Numbered from the stretch's first letter, positions 10,433-20,297 are shown. The stretch: DNA of 64,000 bases from an uncultured Gemmatimonadota bacterium (GCA_964490075.1 CAZBBK010000001.1:62001-126000), one strand, 5' to 3'. The notes: a model not told the origin generated them from the letters alone. Made by a program: numbers and translations.

Positions 10433-10649
10433 TGCGCGACCGCTACGCGCGCGCCTGCTCGAAGGCGCAGTCCCTGCTCGAGTGCCGTTGCGACGCCTTG
10501 GGAGTGCCCTGCTAGAATCCTGAACAACACTGTTCATGCCTTGCGCAATCGTTCCGCCGAGGCGCATTGCATTCTGCGACACTCCGAGGACATCCTCGTA
10601 ACTCGTTGAAATTCAGAGGATTGCGCGGCCGCAAATCGCATGGAGGAAG

Positions 10650-10665
10650 CGGCACGGCGATTGCT
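10650..10665 (+). promoter_or_regulatory. Putative sigma-54 (-24/-12) promoter for the S8 peptidase
   Basis: CGGCACGGCGATTGCT fits YGGCACG-N4-TTGCW with exact GG/GC spacing, 60 bp before ATG 10725. IHF-like site TAACTCGTTGAAA at 10599-10611. Confidence 0.7.
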
Positions 10666-10724
10666 ACTCGACGCTGCTCACGCCACCCGCGTCGCATACC
10701 GCGACGCTCAGAAGGAGAGTGTGA

Positions 10725-12800
10725 ATGTATCGTCAGCGACCCAGCCTCGGCCGCGCCCTGCGCAGCGGTGCCCTGACTCTGCTCGGCCTCGGTCTGCTCA
10801 CCGGTAGCGCCGCCGCCCTGTCGCCGCAGTGGGCCATCGGCCTCGATCGTGAAACCCTGGCCCGCAACCGGGCCGTGCCCTTCCAGTCCGCTCAGGGAGG
10901 ACCGGTCGTTCCCGTGGTCGGTGACGAGCTGGTTCTGAAGCTGCGTGCCGACCTGAGCCCCGAGCAGGCGGCCGAGCTGCTGGCGGAGTACGGGCTGAAG
11001 CCCCGGCGCTTCCTGCGCACGCAGGGCTGGGTGCATGTCGACCTGCCGGCACCGGAGACGATCCGGGCGGCCGCTCGCGCACGCTTCGGCGAGTCCGAGA
11101 GCATGACCGGCGCGCTGGCCGACGCGATCCGCCTGATTCGCGACGACGTCCGCTTCACCGACGTTGTTCCGAACGCCCTCTTCCGCGCCAGCCGCTCGCC
11201 GCGCGGGGTGGGCGACAACGACAGCTCCAACAGCTTCGATCCCCTCGGCGCCGATCCGCCGGGTGACCCCAGCGACCCGCTGCGCTCCTGGCAGTGGAAT
11301 CTCGATCTGCTTTTCAGCGCCACCTTCGACGGCGCTCCCTGGGCGACGGAGGCCCGGGTGGCGATCCTCGACTCCGGCGTCGCCTACGAGACCGACACCA
11401 GCGGCGAGACCCAGTTCGTGGTGCATCCCGACCTGGAGGCACTCGATGTCGCCGAGCCCTGGGACTTCGTCGGCGACGACGAGGACGCCTACGACGAGTT
11501 CCAGCACGGCACCCACATCGCCAGCATCATCGCCTCGCAGTCGCTGAACAGCGAGGGGGTGGCCGGAATCGTCGGCGCGATCGAGATCATGCCGGTGCGG
11601 GTGCTCGACGAGGACGGGGTCGGCAGCCTGGCCGACTTGGTGGCCGGCATCGAGTACGCGGTCGCGGGCGGCGCCGACGTGATCAACATGAGCCTGGCCT
11701 TCCCGCCCGGCTACGTGCCAGGCGCGGTGCTGCAGCAGGCGATCGAGGATGCCTGGGATGCGGGCCTGATCATGGTGGCGGCGGCCGGCAACGAGTCGGT
11801 GCCGGCGGTCTCCTACCCGGCGGTCTACAACGAGGTGATCGCGGTTGGCGCGCTCGATCCGAACGAGGAGCGGGCCGACTACTCGAACTTCGGCCTGGGC
11901 ATCGATCTGGTCGCTCCCGGCGGCACCATGGAGGACCTGGACGGCAACGGTCAGCCGGACGGTGTGGCGGCCGGTGCCATCGACTACCAGAATCCATCCG
12001 AAACCGGCTACTTCCTGGGCGTCGGGACCTCTCAGGCGGCGGCCCACGTCAGCGCCTGCTGCGCCTACCTGAAGGCCATGACCGGCCGCTCCAATCTCGA
12101 CATCCGCGTCGCCCTGGAGACCACCGCCACCAACACCACCTGGTCCGAGGAGACCGGCAGCGGCATGCCGCGGGCGCTCTATGCAAGCGCCTGGCTGAGC
12201 TTGAACGCGGGCTTCAGCACCGGTCTGGCCGATCTGCCCGGCTACGTCGAAGACTACGGCGAGCTGCCCAGGGTGCTCCCCGAGGGGACCTTCGGGGTGC
12301 TGATGCTGGTCTCGGGCGATCTCTACCTGGTGCTCGATACCGAGGAGGGGACCTTTGGGCTCTCCGCCGGCGCTCCCGACGAGGTCGACATGGGCGACAT
12401 CGAGAGCGACTCGCTGCTCGACATCGCCACCTACCCGGAAGGCGGCGCCGAGGGCCTGATGCTGAGCTACGGCGGCGTGCCGAGCTTCATCAGCGCCAAC
12501 GGTGGAATCAACGAGGTCTTCGAGTACGTCGGTGGACTGCCGGACTTCCTCGATCCGACCGGCGATCTGCTCGATCTGCTGGCCGCCAACGGCGCGCCGC
12601 TGCTGCTGGTCGACCCGGACGGCACGATCGTCGCCGAGCTTCTGGCCAACGGCGGACTGATCGGCCTGATGAACGGCAATGGCGGGCTGATCGGGCACAT
12701 GAACGGCAACGGCCAGGTCGATGCCATGTCGGGCACCGACGGCGAGCCGCTGCCGGCCATCGAGACCACGGGAGGCCAAGGGCTGATTCTGATCCAGTAA
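10725..12800 (+). CDS. Secreted S8 (subtilisin-like) serine peptidase with acidic C-terminal extension
   Basis: Signal peptide; prodomain; triad ILDSGV, HGTHIAS, GTSQAAAHV; oxyanion AAAGN; INMSL. Confidence 0.93.
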   Translation: MYRQRPSLGRALRSGALTLLGLGLLTGSAAALSPQWAIGLDRETLARNRAVPFQSAQGGPVVPVVGDELVLKLRADLSPEQAAELLAEYGLKPRRFLRTQGWVHVDLPAPETIRAAARARFGESESMTGALADAIRLIRDDVRFTDVVPNALFRASRSPRGVGDNDSSNSFDPLGADPPGDPSDPLRSWQWNLDLLFSATFDGAPWATEARVAILDSGVAYETDTSGETQFVVHPDLEALDVAEPWDFVGDDEDAYDEFQHGTHIASIIASQSLNSEGVAGIVGAIEIMPVRVLDEDGVGSLADLVAGIEYAVAGGADVINMSLAFPPGYVPGAVLQQAIEDAWDAGLIMVAAAGNESVPAVSYPAVYNEVIAVGALDPNEERADYSNFGLGIDLVAPGGTMEDLDGNGQPDGVAAGAIDYQNPSETGYFLGVGTSQAAAHVSACCAYLKAMTGRSNLDIRVALETTATNTTWSEETGSGMPRALYASAWLSLNAGFSTGLADLPGYVEDYGELPRVLPEGTFGVLMLVSGDLYLVLDTEEGTFGLSAGAPDEVDMGDIESDSLLDIATYPEGGAEGLMLSYGGVPSFISANGGINEVFEYVGGLPDFLDPTGDLLDLLAANGAPLLLVDPDGTIVAELLANGGLIGLMNGNGGLIGHMNGNGQVDAMSGTDGEPLPAIETTGGQGLILIQ

Positions 12801-12825
12801 GGGTCCAGGAACGAAGAGCCCAGAC

Positions 12826-12859
12826 GCGGGCCGCGGGGAGTCTCCTCCTCGCGGCCCGC
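12826..12859 (+). terminator. GC-rich hairpin after the S8 gene (possible terminator)
   Basis: gcgggccgcggggag-tctc-ctcctcgcggcccgc, 25 bp past the stop; only a weak U-tract. Confidence 0.4.
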
Positions 12860-12888
12860 CGTCGTTTCGGCGCGCTCCGGGGCGGCAG

Positions 12889-12989
12889 AAAAAGGGCCGC
12901 GAGAAGAGCACCTGGCTGAAGCGGGGGTCACGAAGAGCCGATGGATAGAGGTGGGAGGAAGAACCCCGGCAGTGACGGTTCGCGGCCCT
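12889..12989 (-). ncRNA. Candidate small structured RNA
   Basis: 10-bp closing stem AGGGCCGCGA/TCGCGGCCCT ending in a T5 run on -, an inner GGGG/CCCC stem, and a C/U-rich loop containing CUUCCUCCCACCUC. Confidence 0.3.
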
Positions 12990-13011
12990 CCGCGCCGTCC
13001 GGGAGAGAACG

Positions 13012-13884
13012 ATGATCGCAGCCCTGCATCCCCCGACCTGGTGCGCGGCCTTGCTCGCCGCCGGCCTGATTCTCGCCCCCTCGCGCGCATCCGCCCAGGC
13101 GCGCTTCGAGGTGCAGCTGCAGGAGCTGGTGCGTCATGGAGAGAGCGACCTGCGCTACATGGAGGGTACCTTCCAGGTGCCCCAGCAGAGCTCCGTCCAC
13201 TTCACCGCCTACGCCCCCGAGGAGGAAGGGGTTTATCCCTCGATCCTCTTCCTGCACGGCTACAACAAGAGCGACCTCGACTGGCGGATCCACCAGATCG
13301 CCATGGCCACGCGCGGCAAGATCGCCGTCGCCGTCGACTACAACGAGCGCCAGGGACAGGACCCGATGCTCGCCGAGATTTGCACCGCCGTCGACCTGAT
13401 GAGCCGCTGGCAAGAGGTGGAGTCGGTCTCGCTTTGCGGCTCCAGCTTCGGCGGCAAGGTCGCCCTGGAGACCATCTCCAAGCATCCGGAGCTGGGCATC
13501 GAGACCGCGTTCCTGGTCTACCCGGCCTGGGCGCGGGTCGAGCCGGAGGAGTTCGCCGCGATCGAAGCCGACATTCTGCACTGCGTTGGCGAGGTGGACG
13601 ATCTGCTGCCCTCTTCCTACTGGATCCAGGAGCAAATCGTCCGCTACAACGAGGACATCGACTACAAGCTCCACGTCTACTCGGAAGAGGATTTCCCGAT
13701 CGAGGCGCGCCACGGCTACTTCCTCGCGGCGGCGCCGGATCAGTTCGGCGACGTGGCGATCGACAGCTTCGCGCGCGGCATCGGCTACTTCCAATGGAAG
13801 CTCGAGGACGGACCGGCCCCGCCCTGGCGCAACGATCCGACCATGCTCGGGCTGGAGGATCTGCGCTCGCTGCCCGATCTTTGA
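13012..13884 (+). CDS. Secreted alpha/beta hydrolase (dienelactone-hydrolase-like)
   Basis: GGGAGAG RBS; signal peptide ending ASA-Q; LFLHG, nucleophile elbow GSSFGG, GEVDD, RHGY. Confidence 0.8.
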   Translation: MIAALHPPTWCAALLAAGLILAPSRASAQARFEVQLQELVRHGESDLRYMEGTFQVPQQSSVHFTAYAPEEEGVYPSILFLHGYNKSDLDWRIHQIAMATRGKIAVAVDYNERQGQDPMLAEICTAVDLMSRWQEVESVSLCGSSFGGKVALETISKHPELGIETAFLVYPAWARVEPEEFAAIEADILHCVGEVDDLLPSSYWIQEQIVRYNEDIDYKLHVYSEEDFPIEARHGYFLAAAPDQFGDVAIDSFARGIGYFQWKLEDGPAPPWRNDPTMLGLEDLRSLPDL

Positions 13885-13936
13885 TTGGCGGCGAGGGGGC
13901 GGGCGGGCGCTACCCTGATGGGGAGGAGATCCCCCC

Positions 13937-15100
13937 ATGCCCCAGCCGCGCGGCCGATTGGAAAGCAGGGCGCGTGCCTTGCTGCTCGCCCTGCTGGCCG
14001 CGGGCGTCGCCATCGCGAGCGGGGCGCCGCGGGCCTTCGCGGCGGATGAGCCCTGCCCGGTCTGCGGCCGGGAGACACGCGGCGCGGCCCTCGGCGATCC
14101 CGACAGCGGCCGGCGCTACCATGCGGCCTGCGTAGACGCCGCGCGGGTTCCGCGCTGTGACCACTGCGAGGGACCGGCGCCGCGGCGCGTGGTGTCGGCG
14201 GCGGGCGAGTTCCACGAATCGTGCTTCGTCGCGGCGATCGCGCCGCGCTGCCCGGACTGCGGCCTTGCGGTGGGGCGCTACCGGGTCGGGGTGCCGCCGA
14301 GCCATCCCTCCTGCTTCCGGCGCCGGCAGCGCGGCGAGCCGGTGCTGCCCGGATCGCGGCATGAACCGCGCTTGCGCTGCGATCTGTGCGACGAGCCGCT
14401 CGGCGAGGAGCTGCGCGTCGGCTCCTGGGGCGAGATCTACCATCCGCGCCACGAGGATTCGGTTCCGCACTGCGACGCCTGCGGCCGCCTGGCCGTGGCG
14501 CGGCTCTCCGGAGCGCCGCGCGCGTGCGGCGACGGGCGGACCCTGTGCGGGCTCTGCGACGCGAACGCGGTGGAGTCCGGGGCGCAAGCCGAGGCGCTGC
14601 TGCGCGACGTGTGCGCGGCTATGGGCAAACGCGGGATTCGGGTCGACGCAGGGCGCGTGGAGCTGAGTCCCAGCGACGCCTCGGAGCTCGCCGACGCCAC
14701 CGGCACGAGTCGCCGCTCGCGTGGCGTGAGCGTGCACGGATTCGATCGGCGCGGCTGGTCCGGGTCGACGATCCACGCGCTGATGCCGCTGCCGGAGGCG
14801 GAGTTGCGCGGCGTGTTGGCGCACGAGCTGGGACACGTCTGGCTCTCGTCGATCGGTCTCGGCGACCGCCCGGCCTGGGCCGTGGAAGGCACCTGCAACC
14901 TGTTTCAGCTCTGGGAACTCGAACGAGCGCCGGGTGCGCTGCGCGACCACCTGGTCGAGAAGCTGGAGCAGGATGACGACGAGGTGTACGGCGTGGGATT
15001 CCGGCGCGTGCGGGACGCGGTGGAGCGCGTCGGCTGGAGGGCTTGGGTGGAGCGGCTCGCCGCGCTGGACGCCGTGCCGGAGCGCATGCCCGGACGATGA
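13937..15100 (+). CDS. Protein DA1-like: tandem LIM-type zinc fingers plus HExxH metallopeptidase, with signal peptide
   Basis: Five CxxC...H/CxxC/H fingers; WGEIYHPRH...CDACGR...DGRTLCGLC; AHELGHVWL, VEGTCNL, DDEVYGVGFR; GGAGGAG RBS. Confidence 0.85.
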   Translation: MPQPRGRLESRARALLLALLAAGVAIASGAPRAFAADEPCPVCGRETRGAALGDPDSGRRYHAACVDAARVPRCDHCEGPAPRRVVSAAGEFHESCFVAAIAPRCPDCGLAVGRYRVGVPPSHPSCFRRRQRGEPVLPGSRHEPRLRCDLCDEPLGEELRVGSWGEIYHPRHEDSVPHCDACGRLAVARLSGAPRACGDGRTLCGLCDANAVESGAQAEALLRDVCAAMGKRGIRVDAGRVELSPSDASELADATGTSRRSRGVSVHGFDRRGWSGSTIHALMPLPEAELRGVLAHELGHVWLSSIGLGDRPAWAVEGTCNLFQLWELERAPGALRDHLVEKLEQDDDEVYGVGFRRVRDAVERVGWRAWVERLAALDAVPERMPGR

Positions 15101-15188
15101 AATCCCGGCGACCTGCGTTATGCTCTTCCACTCTTCTTCCGAATCCCGACCACAATCCGTCCAACCCATCCGTGCAGAGAAACATCCC

Positions 15189-16544
15189 GTGAAGCAGATC
15201 CTCGTGCTCGGCGCCGGCCACAGCGCCGCCTACCTGATCTCTCATCTACTCGATCGAGCGTCCACCAAAGGCTGGTTCGTCACCGTGGGCGATGTCGACC
15301 TGGATCTGGCCCACGACCGGGTGCGCGAACACGGCTGCGGCAACGCGATCGAGTTCGATGTGCACGACAGCTCGCTGCGCTCGACGCAGATCGGCAAGGC
15401 CGATGTGATCGTCAACATGCTGCCGCCGGCGTTCCAAGAGGTGGTGGCCTGGGACTGTGTCAATCACGGCCGGCACATGGTCTCGGCCTCCTACCGCGCT
15501 CAGGAGGTGCGCGAGCTCGATCGGGACGCCACCCGTAACGGTGTGCTGCTGCTCTGCGAGCTCGGGCTCGATCCCGGCATCGACCACATGTCGGCCATGA
15601 CCTTGATCCGGCGGATCCGCGCCAACGGCGGCCGCATCGAGGCCTTTCGCTCCTACGGCAGCGGCATCCCGGCGCCCGACCAGGAGCACAACCCCTTGCG
15701 TTACGTGGTGACCTGGAACCCGCGCAACGTGGCGCTCGGCGGCGACCACGGCGCGCAGTACATGGAAAAGGGCAGGATCAAGATCGTTCCCCACCACGAG
15801 GTCTTCCACCACACCTGGGCGACGGAGGTGGAAGGAGTGGGCGTGCTCGAGGCCTATCCGAACCGCGACTCGCTGGCCTACCAGGAGGTGTTCGGACTGG
15901 AGCACGTCCACACCATGATCCGCGGTACCCTGCGCTACCCGGGCTGGAGTGAGACCTGGGCGCAGATCGTTCGGCTCGGGCTGACCAATCCCCACGTGCG
16001 CATCCCCAACCTGGCGCAACGCAGCTACGCCGAAGTGGTGGAGATGTTCTTGCCCTTGAACATCACCGGCCCCAAGATCGAGCAACGCATCGCGCGCTTC
16101 CTCCGGATCAGTCCCACCGGCCGCATCATGGAGAACTTGCGCTGGCTCGGCCTGCTGGATGAAGAACCGACAACATGCCCGGGCGACACCGCCGCGGAAA
16201 TGTTGACCCATCTACTGGCGACCCGCCTGCCGCTGCCCCCCGGACAGGCCGACATGGTCATCCTGCTGCACGAGCTCGAGATCGCCTACCCGGGCCAGGA
16301 ACGACCGCCGGAAAAAGTGACGTCGACGCTGATCGCCAAGGGAGACCCCGGTGGCTTCACCGCGATGTCGAAGGGCGTGGGTATGCCGGCCGCCCTGGGG
16401 GTGGAGCTGCTGCTGGACGACAAGCTACACCTGACCGGAGCCCACATTCCCACCCACCCGTCGATCTACCAGCCGATTCTCGCCGAGCTGGAGCGGGCCG
16501 GGCTGGTGTTTCGGGAGCGAGTCGAGCCCCTGACTCAAAGGTAG
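15189..16544 (+). CDS. Saccharopine dehydrogenase
   Basis: GTG start; ILVLGAG, ELGLDPGIDHM, TWNPRNV, EAYPNRDSL, IRGTLRYPGW, TAMSK.VG.P. Confidence 0.93.
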   Translation: MKQILVLGAGHSAAYLISHLLDRASTKGWFVTVGDVDLDLAHDRVREHGCGNAIEFDVHDSSLRSTQIGKADVIVNMLPPAFQEVVAWDCVNHGRHMVSASYRAQEVRELDRDATRNGVLLLCELGLDPGIDHMSAMTLIRRIRANGGRIEAFRSYGSGIPAPDQEHNPLRYVVTWNPRNVALGGDHGAQYMEKGRIKIVPHHEVFHHTWATEVEGVGVLEAYPNRDSLAYQEVFGLEHVHTMIRGTLRYPGWSETWAQIVRLGLTNPHVRIPNLAQRSYAEVVEMFLPLNITGPKIEQRIARFLRISPTGRIMENLRWLGLLDEEPTTCPGDTAAEMLTHLLATRLPLPPGQADMVILLHELEIAYPGQERPPEKVTSTLIAKGDPGGFTAMSKGVGMPAALGVELLLDDKLHLTGAHIPTHPSIYQPILAELERAGLVFRERVEPLTQR

Positions 16545-18019
16545 CCGAAGGCGGCCAGCCGCTCGCGCATCTGCGCCGACAGATCGGAGCGCTCCGCCGC
16601 CTGCCGCGACCAGCGCTCCTGGGTGTCGCCACCGAGCTCGTCGAGGCGCTCGTCGAGACGCCGACACATTGCTTCCACGATGGCGGGGTGGATGGCGCTC
16701 AGATCGTTGGTTTCGCCCGAGTCCTGCTCGATGTCGTAGAGCTCTGCTCTGCCGTCGGAGGCGAGCACCAGCTTCCACCGCTCATCGCGCAGGGCGCGCC
16801 AGGCGCAGTCGATGCTCGACAGATCCGCGTGCGGAAAGCGGGTGCGAATCAGGTCGAGATTCGGTTCCAGGTACTCGATCAGCGCGCCGTCTCGGCGCCC
16901 GTCGCCGCGCGCGGCCCGATGCAGCGATATTCCGCTGCGAGCGCCGGCCGGCGGCGCGGGAGCGGAGGTGCCGAGCAGCGCTTCGATGGTCGGCAGGAGA
17001 TCAATATTCTGTACCGTGCCGGCGACCCTGGAGCCCGGCTCGAAAACCCGCGGGTAGCGACAAATCAAAGGAACATGCGCCAGGCTATCGTAGACACAAT
17101 AGTTGTGCCCGACCATGCCGTGGTTGCCGAGGTTTTCGCCGTGGTCGGCGCTGATCACCAGCAAAGTGTCGTCGAGAATTCCGCGCATCCGGAGCAGCTC
17201 GACCAGCTCGCCCACCATGCGGTCGAGGTAGCGGAGAGCGCCCGAATAGAGGGCATCGATGATCGCGGTGTTGGCCGGTGTGAGCAGCGTGGGGTCCATG
17301 TGGTAAACCCACGACTGCAAGGGCACCCGCGACACCCTGCCCGAGTCGACGCCTCTCGGCAGGAAGCGCATGCGGTCAGCGGGCGGAGCCTTGTAGGGAC
17401 CGTGGCTCTCCATGTAGTCGATGAAGAGGAAGAAGGGACGCGAGGAATCGCGCGTCGCGAGCCAGCTCGCCGTCGACTGGTTGATCTGCGCCGCTCCCGC
17501 GTCGTCCATGCGCTCTTCGATCTCGGCGTTGATCTTGCGCCACAGCGCGCGCAGGCTGCCCAGCGGCAGGCCGGCGGCGAGCGAGCGGCGAGCGAGGCGC
17601 GTCAAGGGACCCAAGCGCGCCGCGGCGCGCAGATCGAGCGCCGCGTCGAAGCCGCGGGTCATGCCGGTCTCGGGCACGATCCAGGGATTGCGCGTCGCCG
17701 AGCGGGTCTCGTAGCCGAGGTCACGCAGCCAGGCGGCCAGAGTTGGCAGCGCGGGGTCGAGGGTCGGGGCGCCGTAATGGGCGCCGTGCTGGGTCGGATA
17801 GAGACCTGTGAAGAGGCTGGCCACCGACTCCAGGGTCCAGATCGAGGGGGAAATCGCCTGCTCGAAGAGCGCGCTCTCGGTGGCGATGCGGTCGATGTTG
17901 GGCGTGGCCGGAGGGGTGTGGCCGTAGCAGCCGAAGTGATCCGCGCGGGCGCAGTCCAGGAGCAGGACGACCACGTTCGGTGTCGCTGGCGAGCCCCTCC
18001 GGGGCGGATGGTGACTCAA
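16535..18019 (-). CDS. Sulfatase-like hydrolase/transferase (Thr-type active-site motif)
   Basis: PNVVVLLLDCARADH, SPSIWTLESVASLFTG, ESHGPY, ADHGE, GH, ELYD...D.GE, C-terminal LAAFGYL. Confidence 0.9.
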   Translation of the reverse strand: MSHHPPRRGSPATPNVVVLLLDCARADHFGCYGHTPPATPNIDRIATESALFEQAISPSIWTLESVASLFTGLYPTQHGAHYGAPTLDPALPTLAAWLRDLGYETRSATRNPWIVPETGMTRGFDAALDLRAAARLGPLTRLARRSLAAGLPLGSLRALWRKINAEIEERMDDAGAAQINQSTASWLATRDSSRPFFLFIDYMESHGPYKAPPADRMRFLPRGVDSGRVSRVPLQSWVYHMDPTLLTPANTAIIDALYSGALRYLDRMVGELVELLRMRGILDDTLLVISADHGENLGNHGMVGHNYCVYDSLAHVPLICRYPRVFEPGSRVAGTVQNIDLLPTIEALLGTSAPAPPAGARSGISLHRAARGDGRRDGALIEYLEPNLDLIRTRFPHADLSSIDCAWRALRDERWKLVLASDGRAELYDIEQDSGETNDLSAIHPAIVEAMCRRLDERLDELGGDTQERWSRQAAERSDLSAQMRERLAAFGYL

Positions 18020-19260
18020 GGGTCCGCGCGCTCGCGAATCAGGGCATCGAAGAGATCGAGATAGCGCCCCACCAGAACCGGCAGATCGTGGCTGCGGCGC
18101 ACGAAGTCGCGCGCCGCCTCGGCGAGGCAGGCGCGCCGCAGCGGATCCTCGAGCAGTCCGCCGATCGCCGCGGCCAGGCGCTCCGGTCGTTCCGGCGGCA
18201 CCAGGATCCCGGTGCGACCGTGCTCGACCAGCTCGGCCAGACCGGCGACCTCGGTCGCGACCACCGGGGTGCCGACCGCGAAGCTCTCCAGCACCACCAA
18301 CGGCAACCCTTCCTGGATCGACGAGAGCACGGAGAGATCGGCGGCGGCAAGCAGGCGTGGTGCGTCGCGCCGCACCCCAAGGAAGCGAATCGCTTCCGGC
18401 GGAGCCACGCGCCGAGCGATCGCCTCCAGCTCGGCGCGCCGAGGCCCGTCGCCCACCATCAGGAGCAGCGCGTCCGGATGCTCCTGCCGGACCTCCGCGA
18501 ACGCGGTCAGTAGGTCCTCCTGCTTCTTCTTCGGCAGCATCGAGCCGACGTGCACGATCAGGGGGGCGCCAGCAGGGAAGCCGAGCTCGGCGCGCAGCTC
18601 ACGCAGGTCGACACCCTCGGGCGCCGGAAGGCGCATCAGGTCGACGGAATTCGGCAGGTGGGTGATCTTGCCCGGTGGGCACGCCTCGTGCTTCGCCAGG
18701 TGTTCGCCGAGGAGGCGGCTGACGGTGACGATCCGGGTTGCCTGTGAGTAGATCAGGCGGTTGATCCAGCGCCGGCGACGGGTGCGGCTCAGCCGCATCG
18801 AGTGCGCCGTCGGCAGGACGATCCCGACCCCCGCCATCCGGGCGACGAAGGTGCCGATGGTGTTGGCCGGCTCCAGGTGGGTGTGCACGATGTCGAAGCG
18901 GTGCTTTCGCATGTAGCGCAGGAGCGCGAAGATGCCCCACCAATCGCGGTAGCGCCCGCGGAGATCGAAGCTGGCGACTCGCTCGGCGGGCAGATTGGTC
19001 AACGCGGGCAGCGGCCCTTCGCCCATGAGATCGGCGAGGTGCACCTCGACCCCGGCGTCGCTCAGTCCGCTCACCATCGCCGCCACCGCGGTCTCCGCGC
19101 CGCCGTCGATGCGGAAGCCGTTGATCAGAAAGAGCACCCGCTTGCCCAGGCAGGGGCGGCTCGGGTTTTCGGAGCGTAGCCTCGATTCGAGCTCGGCGCG
19201 AAGATCGGCGGCCGCGGCTCTTCCGAGGTCACGAATCGTGGAGGACCCTCCACCCAGCAT
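18016..19260 (-). CDS. Glycosyltransferase family 4
   Basis: GAGGAG RBS before ATG 19260; GGAET, DIVHTH, KKQEDLL, VGDGP, EGLPLVVLES. Confidence 0.93.
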   Translation of the reverse strand: MLGGGSSTIRDLGRAAAADLRAELESRLRSENPSRPCLGKRVLFLINGFRIDGGAETAVAAMVSGLSDAGVEVHLADLMGEGPLPALTNLPAERVASFDLRGRYRDWWGIFALLRYMRKHRFDIVHTHLEPANTIGTFVARMAGVGIVLPTAHSMRLSRTRRRRWINRLIYSQATRIVTVSRLLGEHLAKHEACPPGKITHLPNSVDLMRLPAPEGVDLRELRAELGFPAGAPLIVHVGSMLPKKKQEDLLTAFAEVRQEHPDALLLMVGDGPRRAELEAIARRVAPPEAIRFLGVRRDAPRLLAAADLSVLSSIQEGLPLVVLESFAVGTPVVATEVAGLAELVEHGRTGILVPPERPERLAAAIGGLLEDPLRRACLAEAARDFVRRSHDLPVLVGRYLDLFDALIRERADP

Positions 19261-19456
19261 TCCACTCTCCTCGCGGCTCTGGTGGCCGCTGGCTGATACG
19301 CCGCGTCCGGGCATGGTCGACAGGATCGGGAAGTCTCCCTCTGACGATCGACACGAATCGCCCGAGCTGCAGCGACGGCGCGCTTCATCGCACGCGCAAA
19401 CGGTCGATCAGGGAGAGGTGGCAGCCTGCCGCGGGCGCCACTCGACAGGAGAACCA

Positions 19457-20296
19457 ATGGTCGGCGGAATCTCGAAGATCGGACGGCGGCTGGCGACCGA
19501 GCTGCGCAGCAAGCAGGGCTCGAACGACCTGGTCCTGCTGCTGCGGAACTGCTACTTCATCCCCAAGAAGCTGCTGCGCGACGCGCTGAAGCGCGAAGCG
19601 TCGCGCTACCGCGGCCGCACCCTGGTCGACATCGGCTGCGGCTGGAAGCCGTACCGCCCCTTCCTCGATCATCTCGAGAGATACGTGGGCATCGACATCA
19701 CCGCCCAGCGCGCCGCCGATATCGTCGCCAGCGCCGACCGGATTCCGCTCTCCGATGGCGTCGCCGACGCGGTGCTCTGCACCGAGGTGATCGAGCACAT
19801 GCGCGATCCGGCGGCGCTCTGCCGCGAGCTGGCTCGTGTCGCCAGGCCCAATACCACGCTGCTGATCACGGCGCCGATGAGCTGGAATCTCCACTACGAG
19901 CCGCACGACTACTATCGCTTCACGCCCTATGGCCTCGCCCATCTACTGGAAGAGGCCGGCTTCGAGGTGCTCGCCAAGACCCGGATCGGCGGTCTGGGAT
20001 CGCTGATCGGCGCACGGCTGGTCGACGTGCTCCACCTCAAGCTGCTGCACATGCCGCTGCTCAGACGGATGCCGCGACGCCATGCTTTGGTCGCGCTGGC
20101 CCTGGCCCCTCTGAACGCGTTGCTCTTCCCCCTGGGACGCGCCCTCGATTCGGTCGACCGCACCGATGCCATCGGCTGGCTGCTGGTCGCCCGCCGGACC
20201 GCAATCGATGCTTCCGGGCGGCCACAGCCCACGGTCCGGCCCTGCGCCTGCGACGAGACCCGCGGCACGGGCGAGGTCGCCGCGGCGACGGCGTAG
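19457..20296 (+). CDS. Class I SAM-dependent methyltransferase (Methyltransf_11-like)
   Basis: AGGAG RBS; VDIGCG.KPY, DAVLCTEVIEH, HYEPHDYYRFT. Confidence 0.9.
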   Translation: MVGGISKIGRRLATELRSKQGSNDLVLLLRNCYFIPKKLLRDALKREASRYRGRTLVDIGCGWKPYRPFLDHLERYVGIDITAQRAADIVASADRIPLSDGVADAVLCTEVIEHMRDPAALCRELARVARPNTTLLITAPMSWNLHYEPHDYYRFTPYGLAHLLEEAGFEVLAKTRIGGLGSLIGARLVDVLHLKLLHMPLLRRMPRRHALVALALAPLNALLFPLGRALDSVDRTDAIGWLLVARRTAIDASGRPQPTVRPCACDETRGTGEVAAATA

Positions 20297-20297
20297 C

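Noticed and set aside
10429-10515. 28-aa Cys-rich mini-ORF (MMRDRY…GVPC) overlapping the MFS stop, as a RiPP precursor
   Set aside because: No modifying enzymes nearby, and it runs into the S8 promoter region; insufficient support.
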